From assembly GCA_963719225.1 (NCBI GenBank), contig CAVRAY010000001.1, positions 3,072,001-3,136,000 of the forward strand: DNA of 64,000 bases, in the 5' to 3' direction. Both the position numbers and the translations under genes were made by a program. Below the pieces are notes generated by a model. That model was not told the origin of the DNA, did not search any database, and worked only from the letters and a program-made list of their open reading frames with translations. This DNA comes from Thermoanaerobaculia bacterium. GTDB taxonomy: Bacteria > Acidobacteriota > Thermoanaerobaculia > UBA5066. Within the stretch, counting starts at the first letter, position 1, and each line of letters begins with the position of its first letter. This document shows positions 28,009-37,579 of the stretch, piece after piece.

Positions 28009-28929
28009 CTACGGGACCAGCTCGGACACCCGCACGGCTCTCGGTCCTTCTTTCTTTCCGAGCAATCCGAGCTTTTCCGAAAGGAACGCGAGAGTTTCCT
28101 TCCGCGGGTGGCCGATCACGATGGCCTGGCCCTTCTTCGCGGCGAGCGCGAGCGCTTTTTCCCACGCCGCGTCGAGCGCCTCCGGGGCGCCGTGTTTCGC
28201 GGCCGTCTCGGCCGCGACGTCGTCGAGAAAGACGTCCCGCGCCAGGAACGGGACGCGCATCGCGGCCGCCTCGGAGCCCGCGACGGAGGCGTTCGTCGTC
28301 CGCGAGTCCAGGTAGAAGAGTCCCTTCTCCTTGACGACGCCGAGGACGTCGCGCATGACGCGCGCGTCGGCCGTGGCCTTCGAGCCTTGATGGTTGTTGA
28401 TGCCGATCGCTCCGGGCGTCTTCGTGAGAGCCGCGAGGACCCGGGCGCGAATCGCGTCGCCATCGTCCTTCGCGCCGATCGCCTCGGCCTCGGAGGGGCC
28501 CGACTCCGGCTCCATCGGAAGATGCACGAGGAGGTCCCAGCCTTTCTCGCGCGCCAGCGAGACCGCGCGGGAAGCGAAAGGAGCGCTCGGGATCACGGCG
28601 ATCGCGAAGGGCACGTCCCAGTGCGCGAGGATTTCGAGCGCGCGCTCGTCATAGCCGACGTCGTCGACGACGAGGGCGACGACTCCTCCCATCCGGCGGT
28701 CGGCGGGCTCGAAATCGGACGGGATCACCCGCGCCGGCCGCGCCGCGGCGGGAGGGGTCGCGCGCGGCGTCGCTTTCGACGGTGCGGGATGGGAAGGCGT
28801 CGAGGGCGCCTCCGGGGCGCGCGCACAGCCGCGAACGAAGAGCGTGGCCGTGACGCCGAGCGCCACGCCGAAGAAGACGAGAAGGACGCCCCGAAAGCGC
28901 CCGCGCGTCCGCGTCTTCGGGCGCGTCAC
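28009..28929 (-). CDS. Divergent polysaccharide deacetylase (YibQ family)
   Basis: ALVVDDVG, VHLPMEP, GINNHQGS, YLDSRT, RDVFLD, IVIGHP. Confidence 0.92.
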   Translation of the reverse strand: MTRPKTRTRGRFRGVLLVFFGVALGVTATLFVRGCARAPEAPSTPSHPAPSKATPRATPPAAARPARVIPSDFEPADRRMGGVVALVVDDVGYDERALEILAHWDVPFAIAVIPSAPFASRAVSLAREKGWDLLVHLPMEPESGPSEAEAIGAKDDGDAIRARVLAALTKTPGAIGINNHQGSKATADARVMRDVLGVVKEKGLFYLDSRTTNASVAGSEAAAMRVPFLARDVFLDDVAAETAAKHGAPEALDAAWEKALALAAKKGQAIVIGHPRKETLAFLSEKLGLLGKKEGPRAVRVSELVP

Positions 28930-30242
28930 GCCGCCGCTTTGACCCGGGGCGTGGACTCCGAGAGGACCTTGAGGCCCCGCTGGAGGATCGGATCGAGGCG
29001 CCCCCCCGAGTCGTCCGGACCGTGGTAAACACGGTCGTCGGGCTGGAGGCCCTTCGGGCACAGCGCCTTTCCGGCCACCGTCCGGATCTTTCCGACCGAG
29101 AGCTTCAACGATCCGCCGCTCGCGAGCTTCACGACCTGTGCCGTGAATCCCATTCCCACGGTCGGCTCGCCCACGAGGCGCACGGCCAGCTTCTGCTTGT
29201 CGGCGTCTTTCGTGGCCTCGGCACCCGGATCGAACGCCTCGAGCGCGTCCGATTCGTCGGCGTTCGCCTTCTTCTTGTCCGCCGTCGCGAGCTTCGCGCC
29301 CTCTTTCCGCGTCCCCGCGTCCCGGACGGCGGCCGCGAAGAGCTCGGCCGGTCCCGCGGTCCCGCTGTCCACGAGGACGACGAGGCGGCTCTCGTGCACG
29401 CGCTCGCCAGGCTCGGAGCTGAACGTCTTGGTCTCGATCCGGCGTCCCGAGAGCTCGCCGAGAGGGCCGGCGGGCACGAAGAGAGCCGCCGCACGGGCAG
29501 CCTCGTCGAACGAGCCGGTCGCGCTGCTGCGCAGGTCGAGGACGAGCGGCCGCGTGCGGTCGAGCGGCTTCAGGATCTCCTTCAGAGCGGCCGTCGTGCC
29601 GGGCACGAAGGAAGGAATCCGGAGCACGGTTTCGCCGTCGATGCGCTCGGCCGACGGAGCCGAAGGCGTCCAGCTCGCGCGCACGATGTCGAGCGTGCGA
29701 TGGCGCGGTTTTCCTTCACGGACGACCGCGAGATGAACGCGGCTCCCCGCCTTCCCCGAGAGCCTGGACTCGAGCTCCCACAGGGCCATGCTCCGCGTGA
29801 GCGCGCCGTCGATCTTCTCGATGACGTCGTCACTCCTGACTCCGGCGGCGGCTGCGGGGCTGCCGGCGACGGCAGCCACGACGACCGGAAAGCCGAAACG
29901 CCGCGCGAGGACGATCCCCGTGTCGAGGATTTCCCTCCTGTCCTTCGCGGCCTCGAACGCCGAGAACGCGGCCATCTTGTCCGGCGGGACGTACTCGGAG
30001 AACGGGTCCATCGCTTCCGTCATGCCGGAGAACGAACCCTGAAGGAGGGGTTTCAGCTCGGTGGGCTCGACGTAGTTCGATCGAACGAGTCCGAGGACCT
30101 CGGTGAAGAGGCCGAGAGGACGGTAAAGGGCTTCCTTCCCTTCCTTGTCCTTCTCGTCCGCGCCCATGCCGGGCAGGACGATGAAAAGGGCCAGGAGGAG
30201 GGCGGCGGAGGCGGCGACGGAGAGGGCGCGCGTCTTGCTCAC
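28926..30242 (-). CDS. S41/CtpA-like PDZ protein with a degenerate active site
   Basis: NYVEP, MDPFSEY, PDZ (GSPAAAAGVRSDD), VLDLR. TAGPAE and TVGMG replace the canonical SASASE and TFGKG. Confidence 0.85.
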   Translation of the reverse strand: MSKTRALSVAASAALLLALFIVLPGMGADEKDKEGKEALYRPLGLFTEVLGLVRSNYVEPTELKPLLQGSFSGMTEAMDPFSEYVPPDKMAAFSAFEAAKDRREILDTGIVLARRFGFPVVVAAVAGSPAAAAGVRSDDVIEKIDGALTRSMALWELESRLSGKAGSRVHLAVVREGKPRHRTLDIVRASWTPSAPSAERIDGETVLRIPSFVPGTTAALKEILKPLDRTRPLVLDLRSSATGSFDEAARAAALFVPAGPLGELSGRRIETKTFSSEPGERVHESRLVVLVDSGTAGPAELFAAAVRDAGTRKEGAKLATADKKKANADESDALEAFDPGAEATKDADKQKLAVRLVGEPTVGMGFTAQVVKLASGGSLKLSVGKIRTVAGKALCPKGLQPDDRVYHGPDDSGGRLDPILQRGLKVLSESTPRVKAAA

Positions 30243-30262
30243 CGGGGAATGATACGCGGGCC

Positions 30263-31474
30263 CTAACGGAGCCACAAAGCCGGATCCACCGACGCCCGTG
30301 CGTCGCGAATCTCGAAGTACAGGCCCGAGACCTCGTCGTCGGGCGACTCGCCGAGGACTCCCACCGAATCCCCGATCGCGGTGTGCGCGCCTCGCGCGAT
30401 CGTCCCCGTCGAGAGCCTCCCGTAGAGAGTGAAGACGCCGTCGCCGTGGTCCACGACGACGAGGTTCCCGTAGCCCTTCAGCCACTGGGCGTAGACGACC
30501 TCGCCGGTGAAGATCGCGTGGACCGGCGTCCCGGACGGCGCGTCCAGAGTCCAGCCCGACGAGCGCAGGAACGTTTTCGGGAATTTCGGGTTCGCGATCC
30601 GGCCGAAGGGCACCGCGACCCTGCCTTTCAACGGCCAGTCGAGAGCCCCGCGGTACTTCCGGATCGACGCCGCGCCCGGCGCGAGGGCCCGACCTTTCCC
30701 CTCGAGGAGCTCGAGCAGAGCCGCGAGCCGCTCCGACTTGTCCTCGAGCTTCGTCACCTGGACCTTCGCCGCCTCCGAGGTCTCCTCGAGCTGCGCGAGC
30801 AGAGTCGACCGTCGCGCGCGCGCCGCCAGCAGAGCGGCCTCCTTCTTCCGGCTCTCGGCCGCCAACGCCGCGAGCTCCTTCCGTCGACTCGCGAGGTCCT
30901 CCTCGCGCTCTCCGAGCGTCGTCACCGCCGTCTCGTAGTGTTCGAGGAGCGCGGCATCGCGGCGCGCGAGATGCGTGAGGATGCGCAGTCCCGAGAGAAA
31001 CGACTGGCCCGAGTCCGCGGCCGCGAGCGGCCGGAGGTATCCGAGCCGTCCCATCCGGTAGAGAGCAGCGAGGCGGGCTCCGAGGCCTTCGCGCAGGCCT
31101 CCCACCTCCTTCTGCGCTGCATCCCGCTCCTCGGTGGCGCGGGCCGCCTCCCGCTCCGTGTCGGCCTTCTTCAATTCGAGGACCCTTCGCTCCGCCGTCT
31201 GGAGCTGAAGGTCGAGCTCGGCCGTCTCCATTTGCGCCTTGAGATCCGCCGCGCGGCGCGTGGACACGTCGAGCCGCGCCCTCAGGCCCGAGATGCGGCG
31301 GCGCAACTCCTGGAGCTCCGCCTTCCGTTCCGCGACGCCGAGGGAGGCCGCGGGCCGCTCCACCGGCGGGGGCGTCGCGTCCGGTGCCGGCGTCGGAACG
31401 GGGGAAGGCGCCTCCTCGGCGCCCGCCGGGGCGGCGAACAAGAGCAGCGCGACGAGAGCGGCGAGGCGCCTCAG
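30263..31474 (-). CDS. envC: Murein hydrolase activator EnvC-like (coiled coil plus degenerate M23 domain)
   Basis: Signal-like LRRLAALVALLLFAAPAGA, long coiled coil, LDWPLKG...GYGNLVVVDHG...LYFEIR. Start uncertain; CTG at 31474 is possible. Confidence 0.8.
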   Translation of the reverse strand: MRRLAALVALLLFAAPAGAEEAPSPVPTPAPDATPPPVERPAASLGVAERKAELQELRRRISGLRARLDVSTRRAADLKAQMETAELDLQLQTAERRVLELKKADTEREAARATEERDAAQKEVGGLREGLGARLAALYRMGRLGYLRPLAAADSGQSFLSGLRILTHLARRDAALLEHYETAVTTLGEREEDLASRRKELAALAAESRKKEAALLAARARRSTLLAQLEETSEAAKVQVTKLEDKSERLAALLELLEGKGRALAPGAASIRKYRGALDWPLKGRVAVPFGRIANPKFPKTFLRSSGWTLDAPSGTPVHAIFTGEVVYAQWLKGYGNLVVVDHGDGVFTLYGRLSTGTIARGAHTAIGDSVGVLGESPDDEVSGLYFEIRDARASVDPALWLR

Positions 31475-33705
31475 AAGAGCGGCACCCCGTCGAGCTTCTC
31501 GGGCGGCGTGACCTCGAGCACGTGGTAGATCGTGGCCGGAACGTCCGCGATCCACGGCTGCTTGTCCTTCGGAAGCGGGCGATTTGCGAAAAGGATTCCC
31601 GGGACGACCGCGGGATCGAGCGAGCAGTGGTCGCCGGACCAGATCTGGTTGTTGTCCTCGAAAATCTCCTTCGACACGACGCCGAGGCTGCCCTGCCAGC
31701 CGATGCGGGTTCCCGCCGTGTTCGTGACGAAGAGATCCGGGATGACGTCGGCGTCGAACGAGCCGTAGGCCTCCTCGCGCGTGAAAATGCGCGACACGGC
31801 GCGTTGCCCGGTCTTCGGATCCACGAGCGTCACGAGCCTCTTCTTGATCTCGTCGCGCACGGTCTCGTACTCGGCGCCCGGCGAGACGCACCCCTGCCCC
31901 TCGCGCCCTTTGAGGTTGATGTAGATGTCGCCGAGGCCCATCGCGTAAGCCTTCGTCTTCGTCCAGTCGATGTTCGGCCAGAACTCGCCCTGACCGAAGA
32001 GCATCTCGAGGTCGGCCGTCCGCGAGCCGTCGCCGCCCTTGAGCGTCATGAAGCCGTTCTGTACGAGCCACGTGTTGTAGTTGACGGACCGCCGCCACGT
32101 CGTGAATCCGTGGTCGGAAAGCACGATCAGGATGTCCTCGGGCCCCAGCTTTTTCATCGCGTCGCCCACGATCGCGTCCATCTTCTCGAGGGTCCTTTCC
32201 ACGGCGGGGGCCCACACGGCTGCCTTCACGGCGTCGTACGCGGGATGCTGCGGATCGAGGAAGCGCCAGAAGCAGTGCTCGACGCGGTCCGGGAATTCGT
32301 AGATCTGCACGAAGAGCCGCACGTCCTTGTCGTCGAGGAAGTCGTTCATCATCTTCCGGAACGGCTCGACCGTGTGGTCCACGTCCTCGAGAAACGTCTT
32401 CTCGTCGATCGTCTCCTCGCTCATCGACCACGTGTCGATCTGCCAGCCCATCGTCTTGTAGAGGCCGTAGCGGTCCGCGAGCTTCTTCGAGAGGGAAGCC
32501 GGGGCGGTGATCTTCACGGAAGGGGGAAGGTCCGACGGGTTGAAGTGAATGGGCGAGAGGTAGAGCCTGATCTCGGGCGACAGGGATGCGAGGTGGAAGC
32601 GGCCGATGCCCGTCATCTTCACGATCGAATTGAACGGGAACGCGAAGACGACCCACGGCGACCACTCGCCGACCTTCAACGTCAAAGGAGGAGAGCCCTT
32701 CGGCGCGACCGTCAGGCTGCCGCCGTCGGGCGCGACCGTGAGGGTCATCGGCGTCTTGATGACGGGCGGCTCCTTGAAGAGCTTGTTGTACGGCCCGAAG
32801 ACCTCCGTCTCGATCGTGCCCTTGTTGGACTCCAGCCGCACGAGCTCCACCGAGAACTCGTTCTTGTTCTTCGGGGCGAAGAACGGATCGGACGTGTAAT
32901 AGCTCGGCGTCCCGACGCGACCGCGTACGTCCGTCACGCCGAGCCCGGACATCAACCGACCGTGGTCGTAATCCACGGCGGGAAACGTCACCGGCACGTG
33001 CATGACGACGGAGGCGATTCCCTTCCGCCCTGCCGCCTCCCAGAACGGAGTCCCGCGCCGGTTGTTGATCGGCCAGGGGATTTCGGTCGGAAGAAGAGAA
33101 GAAATACGAATTCCTATGAAGGTGAAGAGAGCTGCGGCGACCAGCGCGGCAAGAAAGGAGGCCCCGGACGCGGAACGGGCGACGGACCTCCCGGACGCGG
33201 CGTCGGCGTCGCTCCCAGGGGACCCCTTCACGCGCCTTCCAAGCAGAATCTTCAGCAAGCCCCACACGAACAGAAACGCCAGCAGCCCGAGCGCCGCCGG
33301 CACACCAACCCGATTTCCCTTCCCGAGCAGAAAACTCTTTCTTCCCTCTTCGGCGATCGCGAACTCGGGGCGGTAGGTCTTCGGGTTCCGCTTCAGGAAG
33401 TCGAAGATCATCGTGCGGCCGGGCGAAAGCCCGGTGGAGAACGTGGACCACGACACCGGCGTCTGCGCCGGAATCGTGGGCGTCAGAGCGGAGAAGCCGC
33501 CCTTCGCCGCGAGCGCGGCGAGGTTCGGAAGACGACCCTCGGCGACTCCTTTGGCGACGAGCGCGTGGTCCGCCCCGTCGAAGCCGAGGACGATGACGCG
33601 GGAGGGCGGAGGGACTGCCGCAACCAGGGTCGACGGGGCGAGGACGAGCGCCAATGCAAGGACGAGCTCCGGACGGAACATGATCCTGAGCGACGCGAAC
33701 GGCAT
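31471..33705 (-). CDS. Alkaline phosphatase / type I phosphodiesterase family protein
   Basis: VIVLGFDGAD, PTIPAQTPVSWSTFSTG, PDRVEH, VLSDHGF, WSGDH. Confidence 0.9.
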   Translation of the reverse strand: MPFASLRIMFRPELVLALALVLAPSTLVAAVPPPSRVIVLGFDGADHALVAKGVAEGRLPNLAALAAKGGFSALTPTIPAQTPVSWSTFSTGLSPGRTMIFDFLKRNPKTYRPEFAIAEEGRKSFLLGKGNRVGVPAALGLLAFLFVWGLLKILLGRRVKGSPGSDADAASGRSVARSASGASFLAALVAAALFTFIGIRISSLLPTEIPWPINNRRGTPFWEAAGRKGIASVVMHVPVTFPAVDYDHGRLMSGLGVTDVRGRVGTPSYYTSDPFFAPKNKNEFSVELVRLESNKGTIETEVFGPYNKLFKEPPVIKTPMTLTVAPDGGSLTVAPKGSPPLTLKVGEWSPWVVFAFPFNSIVKMTGIGRFHLASLSPEIRLYLSPIHFNPSDLPPSVKITAPASLSKKLADRYGLYKTMGWQIDTWSMSEETIDEKTFLEDVDHTVEPFRKMMNDFLDDKDVRLFVQIYEFPDRVEHCFWRFLDPQHPAYDAVKAAVWAPAVERTLEKMDAIVGDAMKKLGPEDILIVLSDHGFTTWRRSVNYNTWLVQNGFMTLKGGDGSRTADLEMLFGQGEFWPNIDWTKTKAYAMGLGDIYINLKGREGQGCVSPGAEYETVRDEIKKRLVTLVDPKTGQRAVSRIFTREEAYGSFDADVIPDLFVTNTAGTRIGWQGSLGVVSKEIFEDNNQIWSGDHCSLDPAVVPGILFANRPLPKDKQPWIADVPATIYHVLEVTPPEKLDGVPLF

Positions 33706-33729
33706 GTGTCATTCTATTCCGGCCTCCGC

Positions 33730-34473
33730 ATGCGCCACCGCCTGATCGCCGCCCTGGGTCTCTCTTTTCTCGCGGCAGGCTGCTCGCGCAGCTACGAGCG
33801 GCCCGTCAACGGGTGGTGCAAGATCCGCGTGCGCGAGCCGATGCGGCTCGGGGGCGGAACGGCTCAGGGCGGCCCGAACGAGCGCGATACCGTCTTCGTT
33901 CGCGACCGGCGTCCGGATCGATGGAAGGACGTGGCGAAAGGGACGGGCGGTTCCGTGGCGCGTATCGCGGACGACCATGCCGTTCTGTTCGTGCCGTCGC
34001 CCGGCGCGCCGGGGCTCCTCGTCACTCCGGACGGTGCCGTCAAGCCGCTGGCGGAAGTCTTCCCGTGCGACGGCCTCCGCACGATCTCCCCGGATGGCCG
34101 CCGCGTGGACTGCGCGCGATGCGTCGAGGGAGCCGCCGACGGCTGCCGCACCGTGAGCCTCGATCGTTTCCCGGCCGCTGGCGGGAAAAGCGTGCCCACG
34201 ACAGTCGATGCGCCGGACGCCTCCTGCCGCTTCCGCCGGCCGGGGGTGAGATGGTACGACCCGAGAGGCCGCGCCTACCTTCTCGCCGTTTGCGCAAACG
34301 GCGCGTCCACTCTCTATCGCGCAGGCGGGGCGGCGGTGGCGGAGAAATTCACGAGTCCGAACGGCAGCGAGGATCCCAAATCCTGGCACGCGGCGATCGG
34401 GCAAATCGAGCTGCTCGAACCGAAGCCGCTCCATCCGATTCGGGGCCGCCCGAACGAGGCGATCCCGCGCTAG
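33730..34473 (+). CDS. Hypothetical lipoprotein
   Basis: MRHRLIAALGLSFLAAGC lipobox; several Cys residues. Confidence 0.7.
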   Translation: MRHRLIAALGLSFLAAGCSRSYERPVNGWCKIRVREPMRLGGGTAQGGPNERDTVFVRDRRPDRWKDVAKGTGGSVARIADDHAVLFVPSPGAPGLLVTPDGAVKPLAEVFPCDGLRTISPDGRRVDCARCVEGAADGCRTVSLDRFPAAGGKSVPTTVDAPDASCRFRRPGVRWYDPRGRAYLLAVCANGASTLYRAGGAAVAEKFTSPNGSEDPKSWHAAIGQIELLEPKPLHPIRGRPNEAIPR

Positions 34474-35015
34474 GAAGTCTTCTTCTCTCCGTACCGTTCC
34501 GCCATCCTCCGGATGGTGTTCACGTTGCGCAGCGTCGTCGGCTCGCCGAGCGCCTTCTCGAGCTGCCGGCCGGTGATCGCGGGGCGCGCCTGGTGATGTT
34601 TCGAGAGCCACCAGAAGTCACGGCCGCGGACGTGGAAGAGGTCCTCTTTCGTCGAGAGACGAGAAACACGCCCGACGCCTGCGGCGTCGAGATTCTTCGA
34701 AAGGAGACCGACGACATACGTGGGAAAGGCCGCGGTGTCTCTCTCCGGGAAGGGCTCATGCGCCGCCGCCGAGACGATCTCCTCGACCGTGCGAATGAAC
34801 ACGGGAACCTCGAAGCCGGCCACGCGCTCGAGCGCTGCGGCGATCCTCGCGTCGAGACTTTTCCCACCCTTCGCAGAAAATACGACGTTCCCGCTCGCGA
34901 GGAAGCTCTCGACCTCCGCGCAATCGGCGGACTCGAACGCCTTTCTCAAGGCCTCCTTCTTCACGACGCGGCCGCCCACGTTGACGGCTCTCAGGAAAGC
35001 GACGAAACGCGGCAT
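34470..35015 (-). CDS. DUF1697 family protein
   Basis: MPRFVAFLRAVNVGG...LASGNVVF...TLRNVNT. Confidence 0.9.
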   Translation of the reverse strand: MPRFVAFLRAVNVGGRVVKKEALRKAFESADCAEVESFLASGNVVFSAKGGKSLDARIAAALERVAGFEVPVFIRTVEEIVSAAAHEPFPERDTAAFPTYVVGLLSKNLDAAGVGRVSRLSTKEDLFHVRGRDFWWLSKHHQARPAITGRQLEKALGEPTTLRNVNTIRRMAERYGEKKTS

Positions 35016-35026
35016 ATGTCCTCCTT

Positions 35027-35902
35027 TCAGTCCGGGGAAGGGAGCGGCGCCGGATCTCCGTCTCTCCATCCGAAGACCGTCCGGCCCGCGACGGCCGAGA
35101 GCACGATCGCGCCCCCGAGAAGGGCCCAGGCCGAGGGCCTCTCGCCGAGGCCGAGGAACGCCCAGAGCGGGTTGAACATCGGCTCGAGCATGCCGAGGAG
35201 CGACGCCTCCGCGGCCGGCACGACCGCGAGGCCGCGCACGAAGAGGATGTAGCTGATGCCCAGCTGAACGATGCCGAGGAAGAGGACGAGCAGGATCCCG
35301 CGCCTGTCGAGCGCGAGGTTCGAGAACGCGAACGGGAGCGCGATCGCCGCCGCGAGGAAGTTTCCGGCGATGACCGAGGGAATCGCGTCTCCCGCGGCAT
35401 CCCGCCTGAGGAAGAGGATCAGGAGGCCGAAGAAAAAACCCGCCACGACCGCCACGAGATTCCCCTCGAGGGCGCCCGGATCCAGCCTGCCGACGAAGAA
35501 GAGCGACATGCCGCCGAGCGCCACGGCCATCGCGACGGCGTCGACGCGCCGGAAACGCTCCTTGAGGAGGAACGGGGCGAACGCCAGGACGTAGAGCGGA
35601 CCCGTGTACTGCAGAAAGATCGCGTTCGCGGCCGTGGTCATCTTCGTCGCGGAGACGAAAGTCAGGATCATGAGAGCGTAGATGAGCGACGTCGTGACCG
35701 AGGCGTGGTGCCAGCGCGCGCGCGTGGGGCGGAACACGGCGACGAGGAAGACGGCCGACACGAACGAACGCCAGAAGGCGACGCCCAGCGCCGGCAGCGG
35801 AACGAGCTTGATCGCGAGGCCGCCGGTGGACCAAAGGAGCGCGGCCGCCACGATGAGGAGCCTCCCTTTGGCCGGCGAAAGGGACGAGGCGGGTCCGCTC
35901 AC
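35027..35902 (-). CDS. EamA/DMT family transporter
   Basis: About 10 TM segments; LLWSTGG, NAIFLQYTGP, LEPMFNPLW, GERP. Confidence 0.92.
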   Translation of the reverse strand: MSGPASSLSPAKGRLLIVAAALLWSTGGLAIKLVPLPALGVAFWRSFVSAVFLVAVFRPTRARWHHASVTTSLIYALMILTFVSATKMTTAANAIFLQYTGPLYVLAFAPFLLKERFRRVDAVAMAVALGGMSLFFVGRLDPGALEGNLVAVVAGFFFGLLILFLRRDAAGDAIPSVIAGNFLAAAIALPFAFSNLALDRRGILLVLFLGIVQLGISYILFVRGLAVVPAAEASLLGMLEPMFNPLWAFLGLGERPSAWALLGGAIVLSAVAGRTVFGWRDGDPAPLPSPD

Positions 35903-37002
35903 GCGCTCTTGCGTCTGACCGCCGCGATGGAGATGTCGTCCTCCGCGGACGTGCGCCCCATGAAGCGGTCGAGGTCCTGGACGAGGGCCGCGACCACCTC
36001 GTCGGGCCGCGCTCCCGCACGGCGGAAAAGAAGGCTTTCGATGCGCGCGTCACCGAAATCCTCGTCGGAGGCGCCGCGCGCCTCGGGAAGTCCGTCGGAA
36101 TGAAACAGCAGCGTTTCCCCGGGCGCGAGAGAGGTCGTCACGGGCCGGTAGTCGACGTTCTTCCGGATGCCGAGCGGATAGGAGCCCGTGCCGAGACGCT
36201 CGACGATACGTCCCTCCGCGTCCACCTTGAGGACGGGAGGATGGCCCGCGACGATCGCGGTCACGGCGCCGTCCGGCTCGAGGAGCGCATAGACGCCGGC
36301 GAAGAAAGAGCGGGCGTTCCCCGTTTCGGCGAGGACGCGGTTCAATGACCGGATCATGACGGCGGGTACCGGGTCGACGAGAAGCTGAGTGCGGAAAACC
36401 GCGTGCGTGACCGCCATGACGAGCCCCGCGGCCATCCCGTGGCCCGAGGCGTCGCCGAAGAGGATTGCGAGGCGCCCGCCCTCGAGCGGCTCGAACGCGT
36501 AGAGGTCGCCCCCGACGGTGTTCGCGATGCGGTTGAACGCCCCGAGCTCGAACGCGCCGATCTCCGGAAGGACGCGTGGCACGAGCTGCGCCTGGAGGTC
36601 GCGCGCCATGACGAGCTCGTCCTTGAAGTGCAGCTTGTCGACGAGCTCCATCGCGAGGAGGAAAGCGAGCGCGAGGACTGAAACGAACAAGGCCGCGAAG
36701 GGCCAGCCCTCGGCCCCGTTTCCCACCATGTTGTTGAGGAACGCGAAGATCGTCAGGAGCAGAACGAGGGCGAAGACGAGCCGGCGCGGTGGCGCCAGCC
36801 GCTTCGCGAGGCCGAAGACCACCGCGTTCGTCCTGCGGAACACCCTCTTCAGCCCGCGTCTCTCAGCGGCAATCTCGTCCTCGTGGTCGGCGAGAAAGAC
36901 CTTGGTCGCCCGCCGGAAGTCCACGTCCCACATGCCACGCACGTCGTCGGCGTCGAAGGAGTGAACCGTTTCCTTCGCCAGGCTCTTCCAGTCGGTCGGC
37001 AT
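35899..37002 (-). CDS. Membrane PP2C/SpoIIE-family phosphatase (RsbU-like)
   Basis: Two TM segments; ARDLQ, VGGDLY, GDASGHG, HSDGLPE, EDDISI. Confidence 0.92.
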   Translation of the reverse strand: MPTDWKSLAKETVHSFDADDVRGMWDVDFRRATKVFLADHEDEIAAERRGLKRVFRRTNAVVFGLAKRLAPPRRLVFALVLLLTIFAFLNNMVGNGAEGWPFAALFVSVLALAFLLAMELVDKLHFKDELVMARDLQAQLVPRVLPEIGAFELGAFNRIANTVGGDLYAFEPLEGGRLAILFGDASGHGMAAGLVMAVTHAVFRTQLLVDPVPAVMIRSLNRVLAETGNARSFFAGVYALLEPDGAVTAIVAGHPPVLKVDAEGRIVERLGTGSYPLGIRKNVDYRPVTTSLAPGETLLFHSDGLPEARGASDEDFGDARIESLLFRRAGARPDEVVAALVQDLDRFMGRTSAEDDISIAAVRRKSA

Positions 37003-37059
37003 GCGTCTTCCGGGCCCTCTCTCGAGTCTTCTCTTACGAAATCCCGGCGCGGCGGGTTC

Positions 37060-37524
37060 TCAGGGCTTCGAAGGCACGCCGAGCCGGGCGGCCCCTTTCT
37101 TCGAGACGGACCGCCGCAGCCATTCCGTGCGACCGAAGAGGACGCCCGGCAGCCCGAGGGCCTGCGCCGCCCAGCGGGGAAAGTCGAACGAGTCTTTCTG
37201 GCGCACGATGAGCCCGTCCTTCATCTCGATCTCCGAGACGATCACGTTCACGACGGGCTTCCTGCCCCCGAAGAGATAGCGGGCGGTCCACTCCACGACG
37301 CCCGTGCCGGCGCCTGCCTTCGCGACGGTGAACGCGACCGAAAAGTCCTTCGCGCCCTCGAGGAGCCCGACCCACATCTTTCCGATGTCGGCTCCCTCGA
37401 GCGCGAAGACGGGATCTTCGAACGTCGCGTCCAGGGCGTAGAGCGCGGCCATCGTCTCGCCGTCGCGCAGTGCAAATGCCTCGTAGAAGCGCGTCAGCGC
37501 GGCCTGCGTCTCGCCGTTCGTCAT
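37060..37524 (-). CDS. SnoaL/NTF2-like protein
   Basis: FYEAF...YALDATFEDPVF...WTARYLF...DSFDF..WAAQALG. Confidence 0.88.
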   Translation of the reverse strand: MTNGETQAALTRFYEAFALRDGETMAALYALDATFEDPVFALEGADIGKMWVGLLEGAKDFSVAFTVAKAGAGTGVVEWTARYLFGGRKPVVNVIVSEIEMKDGLIVRQKDSFDFPRWAAQALGLPGVLFGRTEWLRRSVSKKGAARLGVPSKP

Positions 37525-37579
37525 CCGAAGCGAGTCTATCCGCTCCGTCTTCACACCACCCCGTAGAATCAGCTCGACC

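Noticed and set aside
31475-33712. Long N-terminal extension of the EnvC ORF (1149 aa in the track)
   Set aside because: It is an off-frame overlap with the phosphodiesterase gene.
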